From Desulfobacteraceae bacterium (GTDB taxonomy: Bacteria > Desulfobacterota > Desulfobacteria > Desulfobacterales > UBA2174): a stretch of 58,776 nt of DNA. The stretch's first letter is position 1. Each line of letters opens with the position of its first letter. A program made the translations under genes and the position numbers. The notes below the pieces were generated by a model that saw only the letters and a list, made by a program, of their open reading frames with translations, ran no database searches and was not told the origin of the DNA. The stretch spans positions 1 to 58,776 of the forward strand of contig JAQVTF010000002.1 of the NCBI GenBank assembly GCA_028700185.1, given 5' to 3'. Positions 19,408-26,698 of this stretch are shown here, one piece after another.

Positions 19408-20196
19408 GGAAACCTCTTTTTTGTTTTCAGAAAAAGTTAAAGGGGTTGCTGCCTGACCGGGCACCGTGTGGTGCCCGGACGCCATCGCGGCCCGCCAAGC
19501 GTCCTCTTCGATCCCCGCATCCTGGCAAAACCGCTCCAGTTCCTCCTCCTGGATCAGATACTTCTTGCCGATGGTGGGCCGGGCGGGCAATTTGCCGGTT
19601 TTAATCCAGTTGGTGACGGTGTTGCGGTGGACCCCCAATTGGGCGGCGAGAGTGCCGACCCGAAACATAAGGGCGTTTCCACCCCCGCCGCCGGCTACGG
19701 TACCAGACGGGGGCACAAGGATATCCATGATCCACTGACACATGGGCCTCACGGCAGCCTGCACCGAAGCGGAAAGGCCCGGATGGACCTCGGATGGGAT
19801 ATCGGCCGGATTGACCACCAGAATGCGCACGTCGATGTCGGTGTGCTGTCGCAGCTCCTTGAGCATATTGGTGGTGGGAAACTGGTGCAGCGAATAATCG
19901 ACGATCTTGGCCGGCTGGATTTCGTCGAGCCCGATTTCGCGGATTTCGCCGGGGGAAGCGTCCTTGAGGGCCATGGCGTCCACGATGATGATCTGCCGCG
20001 GATATTTTCGCGACAGGAGCATATCGAAAAGAATGTCGCGCACCGCGGTGCCCACATCCAGGTAGGCCACGTCGGACGGTAGTCGATACTCGGCTTCAAG
20101 CAGTCGAATCACTTCCGCCCCGAACCCGTCGTCACCGAACAGAGGGTTGCCGCAGCCAAACACCAGCCGGGGTTTTTCGTAAATGCGCTTGAGCAT
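19408..20196 (-). CDS. hydrogenase maturation endopeptidase (HycI/HybD/FrhD-like) fused to a C-terminal excisionase/MerR-type HTH. No stop codon precedes hdrA.
   Basis: [16 protein letters not shown] and SLHQF protease motifs, a GGGGG linker, then [47 protein letters not shown]. The frame runs uninterrupted into hdrA, and the first stop is the TGA at 19228. The end given here is simply the base before the hdrA ATG. Confidence 0.7.
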
Positions 20197-20557
20197 GATC
20201 CAGGCCCCCAAAGTCTTGGATTAAAAAACAATAACAATTACCGATTTGGGCAATATAGTCAATAGAGATTGTGCAAAAGATGCCATTTTTAAAATCGTCG
20301 GCCTACACCAATTTCTTTTTTCCGGCAAGAAAAATTTTAATCAACACAGATTCCCCACCCGGTTGCGGGGGGTGAAAAATGCCAAGGAACGAAGGTGCAG
20401 GTTTCCTCCTTCGGCGCGACGCTGAGGAAAAGTTTCCGAACTTACGACAAAAGGGGGGGGGGACCACAAAAACAGATATCGGCGCTACAGCCGGCCAGCA
20501 AGCCACCGGCGAGAGTTGGAAATTTCCAATAATGCCCTTCAACCGGCCGGGGACGCC

Positions 20558-20920
20558 TCAGGCGGGTCCGCCATCCCTTCGCGCCGCCGCCAAGGCCCGG
20601 GCGAGCCGGTCGCTGATCTGGCCGGTCAGCGCCGCTACTTCCTGGAGATGAGCGGCCACTTCGGTTCGTCCCTGGCGCTGGGCTTCGGTTACCCACTGCT
20701 GGTAGTCGCAAAGATGGTCTTCGTTATGCCGATGCCAGTGTTCCAGGCGCTTGACCAGTTTTTCGGCAAAGGGCATCGCCGCCGGCGCATGGGAGGAATG
20801 AGGATGGTCGTGCCCGTGGCCGTGGCCGTGGCCGTGCTCATGGTGAGGATGGGCATGATCGTCGTCGTGAGGATGGGGGTGGTGGTGATGGGCGTGCCCT
20901 TGCTCGTGGGAATCGTGCAT
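20558..20920 (-). CDS. histidine-rich small protein (possible Ni/metal-binding), unknown family
   Basis: Strong RBS (GGAGGA, 6 nt) then ATG. The N-terminus is MHDSHEQGHAHHHHPHPHDDDHAHPHHEHGHGHGHGHDHPHSSH, followed by a helical-looking C-terminal half containing HWHRHNEDHLC. Confidence 0.75.
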   Translation of the reverse strand: MHDSHEQGHAHHHHPHPHDDDHAHPHHEHGHGHGHGHDHPHSSHAPAAMPFAEKLVKRLEHWHRHNEDHLCDYQQWVTEAQRQGRTEVAAHLQEVAALTGQISDRLARALAAARRDGGPA

Positions 20921-20943
20921 CGTTTTCCTCCGTCAGCCGGATT

Positions 20944-20983
20944 TTCAAAACGGCGCTGAGCTCGAAGCCAGCGCCGTTTTGAA
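20944..20983 (-). terminator. perfect 15-bp inverted repeat. It may be an intrinsic terminator after hup and/or an operator overlapping the promoter of the His-rich gene.
   Basis: TTCAAAACGGCGCTG-N10-CAGCGCCGTTTTGAA. On the minus-strand RNA the stem is followed by UUUUGAAAAU. Confidence 0.5.
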
Positions 20984-21010
20984 TGTACATCGGCAAAAAA
21001 TCCCTGTCAA
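20982..21010 (-). promoter_or_regulatory. candidate sigma-70 promoter for the His-rich gene
   Basis: The minus strand reads TTGACA - 17 nt - TACATT. The -10 element abuts the inverted repeat. Confidence 0.4.
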
Positions 21011-21113
21011 ACGAAGTGGAACGGTTCCGCCCCCACGCGAATGTCGCCGTCCCCTGGCCCCTTGCGGGCCGGAATGGAGACGGTGATCATCTTTTTTCAA
21101 CTCTTGTCGACGA

Positions 21114-21386
21114 TCAATCGGCAACGGCGTCGCGGAGATTCTTCCCTGGCGCAAAAATCACGGAACGGCGGGCTGGAATATCCAGCGGCGCGCCGGTTTT
21201 CGGGTTCCTTCCGGTACGGGCCCGACGTTCCACCACCTTGAAGGCACCGAAGCCGGTCAACGTCACGGTTTCCCCCGCTTTCAGCGCCTCGCCGATGTGC
21301 GCCAACAGACTCTCCACGGCACTGCGGGCGGCCTTGCGGTCGGCAATCTCTTTTTCGACTTCGGCAATCAGTTCTTGTTTATTCAT
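21114..21386 (-). CDS. hup: HU/IHF-family DNA-binding protein
   Basis: MNKQELIAEV...GFGAFKVVERRARTGRNPKTGAPLDIPARRSVIFAPGKNL. AAGGAG RBS. Confidence 0.9.
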   Translation of the reverse strand: MNKQELIAEVEKEIADRKAARSAVESLLAHIGEALKAGETVTLTGFGAFKVVERRARTGRNPKTGAPLDIPARRSVIFAPGKNLRDAVAD

Positions 21387-21507
21387 CCGTTTTGTACTCC
21401 TTTCGCTTGTCCCATCTCTGAGCCGGGCACAATCCCCTCCATCGCCTTTTAAGCGAATGATCGCCGCGGCGTCGATTTCACCGAAAGCGAGCACCGGCCC
21501 ATCACTC

Positions 21508-21816
21508 TTACCTTCGCGATGCCATAATCCACCCGTCGCCGGTATCCTCCGGCGCCGGGGGTTCGGTCAGAACGATCTTTTTGATATTGATGGTACGAAA
21601 ACGTTTACGGTCGCGTTTCACGACCCCGCTGGCCTCGACGTTGCAGTGTACCAGATCGACGAATTTTTCGCCATTTTCGACCAGGTATTCTTCATCGTCC
21701 AAGGCCGAGAGCATTACCGCGGTAACGCGACCATCATCGTCCCATCCCGCCGGGGTCAATACCCCGGCGATGGTTTCATGTACTTCCTGGTTACGGGAAT
21801 CTTTTTTCTTTTTCAT
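21508..21816 (-). CDS. hypothetical small protein (102 aa)
   Basis: The ORF begins 26 nt downstream of the preceding gene's stop and has coding-like composition. I recognise no motif. Confidence 0.55.
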   Translation of the reverse strand: MKKKKDSRNQEVHETIAGVLTPAGWDDDGRVTAVMLSALDDEEYLVENGEKFVDLVHCNVEASGVVKRDRKRFRTINIKKIVLTEPPAPEDTGDGWIMASRR

Positions 21817-21842
21817 GCAAGGCGCCTCGCCAAGGCAGGCGG

Positions 21843-22139
21843 CTACTCGGAAATCACTTCAAAAGACGTCACCGTGATCACCCGGGCGCCGTCTTCCGCC
21901 GTGCTGATGGCGCCGCGCACGCGCACCTTCTCGTTGATGTGACTATCCACCAGTTCGTTGCCGACGTCGTTGATGCCGATCTCGTAGACTTCGCCATCAT
22001 CGGTCACCAACTGGTATATTTCGTTGATTTCTCCGCTTAATTCCACCTCGGGTGCCTCACTGGCCGCAGCGGCGGCAAACACCCATGCCGTCAGCGTCAC
22101 CAGCATGATCACCGACACCCAACTTCTCATCCGATGCAT
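21843..22139 (-). CDS. small exported protein (signal peptide), unknown function
   Basis: AGGAGG RBS before the ATG at 22139. MHRMRSWVSVIMLVTLTAWVFAAAAASEAP looks like a Sec signal. It lies about 60 nt downstream of a consensus sigma-54 promoter. Confidence 0.65.
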   Translation of the reverse strand: MHRMRSWVSVIMLVTLTAWVFAAAAASEAPEVELSGEINEIYQLVTDDGEVYEIGINDVGNELVDSHINEKVRVRGAISTAEDGARVITVTSFEVISE

Positions 22140-22200
22140 TTTGCTTCCTCCTTTTCGTTCAATCTTCCTCAACCCCGGCCTTCCGGCTTTCCGAACCATC

Positions 22201-22217
22201 AGCAACTGCCGTGCCAA
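22201..22217 (-). promoter_or_regulatory. sigma-54 (-24/-12) promoter
   Basis: The minus strand reads TTGGCACGGCAGTTGCT. This matches YTGGCACGrNNNTTGCW at every constrained position with correct GG-GC spacing. Confidence 0.8.
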
Positions 22218-22340
22218 CCATCGATTAAGGGTGCAAGCCGATGGCCGCTACCGGCCGCGCACAGGCCACCGGCAAGCATTTTGGAAAAGTGACGGCATGA
22301 CGCAGTGCACCGAAGCGGACCTTTTTCCATCCCGCACGTC

Positions 22341-22385
22341 GGAACCGGACGTTCCACTTTGACCCATGGCGGAATCCGGCGTTCC
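22341..22385. promoter_or_regulatory. two enhancer-like (UAS) sites for a sigma-54 activator
   Basis: GGAACCGGACGTTCC (22341-22355) and GGAATCCGGCGTTCC (22371-22385). The centres are 30 bp apart and lie about 130-165 bp upstream of the -24 element. Confidence 0.5.
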
Positions 22386-22390
22386 TTTTT

Positions 22391-23797
22391 TCAGTTTTTG
22401 TAGTCTTCCTTGTGGATGTGATAGCGGGTGAGCAATTTGTGAAGTTGACGCGTGGTAATGCCGGCATGGGCGGCCGAATCCTTGATCCGTCCCTTTTTGG
22501 CGGTGAGCAGTTCCTTGAGATACTGTCTTTCGATGTGTTCGATGCCCCGGCGTCGCACTTCGGCCAAGGTGTGGGAGGCATCCATGGGCACCTGGGCCAC
22601 GGGGGCGGTACTGAACAGTTCGCCGGGAAAACTTTCCGGGGTCAACAGCTTGCTTGTTTCTAGAATATAGGCCCGTTCGATGAGATTTTCCAGCTCCCGG
22701 ATGTTCCCCGGCCAATCGTAGGCCTCGAAGGCCCTGAGCACTGCCGCGTGCACCCCGGTGATCTCTTTGTTGTAGAACTGGTTGAGCCGCTGGACGAACA
22801 GCTCGGCCAACAGTGGTAGATCCTCCTTGCGGTCGCGCAAAGGCGGAATCTCGATGGGAAAAACGTTGAGTCGGTAGAACAAATCCTTGCGAAAGGTGCC
22901 GGCTTCAGTCATCTGCTTGAGATCCATGTTGGTGGCGGCGATGATACGCGCCTGGGTTTCGAGGGTCTGCTCCCCCCCTACCCGCTCGTAGGTACGCTCC
23001 TGGAGCACCTTGAGCAGCTTGACCTGGGCGGCGGCGCTGATGGTGGCGATCTCATCGAGAAAAATTGTTCCGTCACGAGCGATTTCGAACTTGCCCAGTT
23101 TGCGCCGGGTGGCCCCGGTGAAGGCTCCCTTTTCGTGACCGAACAGTTCGCTTTCCAGCAAGGTGTCGGGTATGGCGCCGCAGTGGACGCTGATGAACTG
23201 GCGATCCCGTCGGTTGCTGTGCTTGTGAATCAACTGGGCCATGATCCCCTTGCCGGTACCGGTCTCGCCGGTGAGCAGCACCGTTGTCTTGGTGGGCGCC
23301 ACTGATCGCAACTTCTGGTAGACCCCGCGCATCAAGGGACTGCGAGTCCGCACCAGCTCCAGGGCATCCTTTTCCCAGAATTGGTCCCAGAGATAGTTGA
23401 GTTCGCTTTCGCGGATGCGACTGTCGAAAAAATGATCGATGATCAGTTTGACTTCGTCGGATTCCACCGGACAGAGCAGGTAGTCGTTGGCCCCGGCCTT
23501 GACCGCCGCCACCGCCTCACGCAGGGTCGACTGGGTGCACATCACCACAACACCGGCGGTGGGATAGACCTGGAAAAAACGGTTGAGGGCCTCCTTGTGG
23601 TCCCGGGGATTCTGATCTTCCGCCAAAGTGGCCAGCTCGATGAAAGTGACCTCGTAGCGTTGGGCCTGAAACAGCTCGAATCCCCGCGCCAGGGTATGTG
23701 CCCCTTCAACGCGATAGCGACCCTTGAGGGCTCCTTCGATGGCGCCACGGTGAGATGAATCGGCAGAGATGACGAGAATGCGTTTCAAGGCGCTCAT
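22391..23797 (-). CDS. sigma-54-dependent Fis-family transcriptional activator with an atypical receiver domain
   Basis: AAA+ core with GETGTGKG Walker A and the GAFTGA loop (EKGAFTGA), and a C-terminal Fis-type HTH. The N-terminal REC-like domain lacks canonical residues. Confidence 0.9.
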   Translation of the reverse strand: MSALKRILVISADSSHRGAIEGALKGRYRVEGAHTLARGFELFQAQRYEVTFIELATLAEDQNPRDHKEALNRFFQVYPTAGVVVMCTQSTLREAVAAVKAGANDYLLCPVESDEVKLIIDHFFDSRIRESELNYLWDQFWEKDALELVRTRSPLMRGVYQKLRSVAPTKTTVLLTGETGTGKGIMAQLIHKHSNRRDRQFISVHCGAIPDTLLESELFGHEKGAFTGATRRKLGKFEIARDGTIFLDEIATISAAAQVKLLKVLQERTYERVGGEQTLETQARIIAATNMDLKQMTEAGTFRKDLFYRLNVFPIEIPPLRDRKEDLPLLAELFVQRLNQFYNKEITGVHAAVLRAFEAYDWPGNIRELENLIERAYILETSKLLTPESFPGELFSTAPVAQVPMDASHTLAEVRRRGIEHIERQYLKELLTAKKGRIKDSAAHAGITTRQLHKLLTRYHIHKEDYKN

Positions 23798-24325
23798 GCA
23801 CAACCCCGGTGGCAAGTTGAGGAGAAAGGGCGTCTATCGCCCACCGATTTGCCCCGTCGGCGGGCAAAAAGCGATGCCTGGCGCTGTGTCGGCTCTATTA
23901 GCCGAAATCGTCTCCGAATGACAGCATTTTCTAACCCCGTCACCGCCACCGGGAGGCGGAATTTTGGCCGGGGGGAAAAGGTTTCGAGTGTCCGGAACAG
24001 GGCGGAATCAGGTATCGGGTTTCAGGTGTCGCCTCCTATCGTGTCCGGTTTGCCCAAGGAGGTGACCGCGGTGCTTGACGCTTGCCGATCGTCTTGCGCC
24101 GTCTCGTTCCGATAAACATGGATTCCCCGGATCGAGTCCAGGGCAGGCTCTGCTTTCGCAGGAATGACGGAAAAAACCGGATCCATCCGGCATTCTTCGA
24201 CCGCCGGTCTCCCCGGGCCTGACCCGGGGTTCATATCGAAGGACTGAAGATTGCCGGAATGTTTTAAGCAATTAAAACATGGTCGCAAATGAGCAACGCC
24301 CCGGAGGCAACATTGGGAATTTTTG

Positions 24326-24365
24326 GCTGAAACCTTGAACCTTGAACCCGGAACCCGCCGAAACC
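24326..24365 (+). repeat. dispersed intergenic repeat (GCTGAAACCTTGAACCT family, 7-nt periodic)
   Basis: GCTGAAACCTTGAACCTTGAACCCGGAACCCGCCGAAACC. The 17-mer is identical to those at 46876 and (reverse complement) 30931. Confidence 0.8.
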
Positions 24366-24367
24366 AC

Positions 24368-25594
24368 TCACCCCACCCATTCGATCCAGCCCCAGAGCAC
24401 CAAAAGACTGGCCAAGGTAGCGGGGACACCCACGCGGGCGTGTTCGCCGAAACCGATTTCGATCCCGCAGTGGCGGGCCTGTTCCACCACGATGAGATTG
24501 GCGATGGAGCCGATGAGAATCAGGTTGCCGGCAAAGGTGCTGGCTACCGCCAGGGCGTACCACTGTACCGGCATTGTCGGATCGAGAAAACGCACCAGGA
24601 GCATCACCGCCGGCACGTTGCTCACCAGGTTGCTCAAGACGGTGGCGATTCCAACGAGCACGGGCAGATCGTCCAACGATATCCCCCCCGCGGCCAGTTT
24701 CGCCACGATCCACTCCGGCAACCCCTGAAGGCTCACGCCTTCGATGACGATAAACAAGGCGCAAAACAGCGTGATGAGGTGCCAGTCGACCAAACCGAGG
24801 ATCTGGCGCGACTTCATGTGCCGGCTGCACAACAGCAACCCGGCCACCGCCAGAGCGGACAGCTCCCTCGGGATCCCGGTGAAGAACAGGCCAATCAGCA
24901 CTGCCGTGCCGGCGATGCCCTTGGTGCTCTGCCACCGGTTGAACGGTTGAAGGCGGCAGTCATCGTTCGCTTCAACCCATGATCCGCGCTGGGTCAACCG
25001 TCCCCGGTACAAGCCGCATAGGAGAGCGAAGGCGATCCCCAGGCTCGCGAGGGTCGGCGGCAGGCACCAGGCGAGAAACGGTCCAAAGGCCAGACGCCCC
25101 ACCTGACCGATGAGCATGTTCTGGGGATTGCCGATGAGGGTGGCCGCGGAACCGATGTTGCTCGCCAGTGCCAGCCCGAGCAGAAACGGCACCGGATTGA
25201 AACCGGCACGAACCACGCTGACGGCGATCACCGGGGCGAAGGCCAAACAGACGATGTCGTTGGCCAGCACCGCGCTGAGCACGGCGCTCACCAACATGCT
25301 GATCAACAGGAACAGACGCGGTCGGTGCAGCAGGGCAGCGCTGTGGAGGGCTACCCGGGTGTAGAATCCCCCCAGCCGAAGCTGGGCTGAAACGATCATC
25401 AGGGCAAAGAGCAGCAGGATGGTGCCGTGATCGATGGCCCCCAGGGCGAAATCCAGCGGCAGGGCCCCGCTGGCCACCATGGCAATGGCCCCCAACAAGG
25501 CGATCCCGGTGCGATCCAGGGTCAGCCACGGCACCCGCCCCGCGGCCACGCCGAGATAGGTCACCACGAAGATGAGAATGGGCAACAGCCGCAT
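24368..25594 (-). CDS. ArsB/NhaD (SLC13-like) family anion permease
   Basis: 408 aa, highly hydrophobic and multi-TM. MRLLPILIFVVTYLGVAAGRVPWLTLDRTGIALLGA is typical of this family. Confidence 0.75.
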   Translation of the reverse strand: MRLLPILIFVVTYLGVAAGRVPWLTLDRTGIALLGAIAMVASGALPLDFALGAIDHGTILLLFALMIVSAQLRLGGFYTRVALHSAALLHRPRLFLLISMLVSAVLSAVLANDIVCLAFAPVIAVSVVRAGFNPVPFLLGLALASNIGSAATLIGNPQNMLIGQVGRLAFGPFLAWCLPPTLASLGIAFALLCGLYRGRLTQRGSWVEANDDCRLQPFNRWQSTKGIAGTAVLIGLFFTGIPRELSALAVAGLLLCSRHMKSRQILGLVDWHLITLFCALFIVIEGVSLQGLPEWIVAKLAAGGISLDDLPVLVGIATVLSNLVSNVPAVMLLVRFLDPTMPVQWYALAVASTFAGNLILIGSIANLIVVEQARHCGIEIGFGEHARVGVPATLASLLVLWGWIEWVG

Positions 25595-25602
25595 GGGCGG
25601 GA

Positions 25603-26388
25603 TCAGTTGGCGGCGCCGAATACTTTTTGCAGCAGTTCGGTGGTGCGGTGGACCGGGTTGGATCGGATGGCGGCTTCCTCTTCGGCCAGATAGCTGAAGA
25701 TGCCGGCAAGGGCGCCGTCGACGACGTGCCCGGTCAGATCCGCCTTCAGGTCGGGCACAAAGGGCAGACTTCGGTAGCGGCCCATCATCTGATCGTAAGC
25801 CTGCACGGCACCGGCCTCGTTGAGGCTTTCCTCCACCACCGGCCGCATTTCAACGGCCAGAGGTGGACTCATCTTGCCTTCGAAATAACGGGTTGCCGCA
25901 TCCGGGGGGCCCTGCCAGATGGCCCGGGCATCTTCCAGGGTCATCCGGGAAATCGCATCCACGAACAGGTCCCTGGCTTTAGGGGCCGCGGCCTCGGCGG
26001 CCCGGTTGAGGCGCAGCTCCAGGTCCTCGGTCAAGCCGCCCATGCCCACCCGCGACAGGGCCTCGTGAACCGTTTGCAGGCTCTTGGGCAACGGAATGTG
26101 CACCTTGGGATCGGCGTTGAACCCATCGGCGGCCCCCAGACGGTCCACCACCCGCTCCGAGCCCACCCGCAATGCTTCTTTGAGCCCGTCGGCGATTTCG
26201 CTGGAGGTCAGCGTCGATCCACCGGCCGCCGGCCGCCCGGTGGATGCACTGGTGGCCCGCTTGAGCAGGTCCCCGCCGCTCTTGAGCCAGTCAGTCCCTG
26301 CCTTGATTTCCGCCGGCTGCATCAGCACCACAACAGCCAACGCCAAGACCAGGCCGACGCCGTTCCAGATCCATGTGTGTATTTTCAT
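25603..26388 (-). CDS. DUF4197-family exported protein
   Basis: Signal or anchor at the N-terminus, then SSEIADGLKEALRVGSERVV...HIPLP...YFEGKM...: the DUF4197 pattern as I remember it. Confidence 0.65.
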   Translation of the reverse strand: MKIHTWIWNGVGLVLALAVVVLMQPAEIKAGTDWLKSGGDLLKRATSASTGRPAAGGSTLTSSEIADGLKEALRVGSERVVDRLGAADGFNADPKVHIPLPKSLQTVHEALSRVGMGGLTEDLELRLNRAAEAAAPKARDLFVDAISRMTLEDARAIWQGPPDAATRYFEGKMSPPLAVEMRPVVEESLNEAGAVQAYDQMMGRYRSLPFVPDLKADLTGHVVDGALAGIFSYLAEEEAAIRSNPVHRTTELLQKVFGAAN

Positions 26389-26698
26389 GGGAGCTCCCCT
26401 TTATATGGGTTCGCCTGGACGCCTTGTCCAGATAAAGCATTTTTTGCTCATAGCGCACACCGGGATTCAACGCAATGACCGGCCGCACAAGTTATCCCTG
26501 AATCACCGCTTTTCCCTTTCGTTTCCCTGAAGTGCATCCGGCTTGCTTCGCCATTTCATCAGAAACGCTTTCTTCCAGAACGATATCGACGCCGCCTGAT
26601 TTCAACCGCTTGTTCGTATCCCCCCGAGAGGTCAGCCTTTACGGGCTTTCCGACATCAATCGAAGTCCATCCATCCGCCTGAAAACATCAGTATCGGA

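Noticed and set aside
20197-20557. The AT-rich leader upstream of the protease-hdrA operon might hold a defined promoter or riboswitch.
   Set aside because: I found only poor -35/-10 combinations (e.g. TTGACT-17 nt-AATTGT), and the near sigma-54 match TGGCATCTTTTGCA has wrong spacing. A hairpin, CGAAGG-N12-CCTTCG (around 20389-20412), may terminate the His-rich gene, but I recognised no conserved riboswitch.
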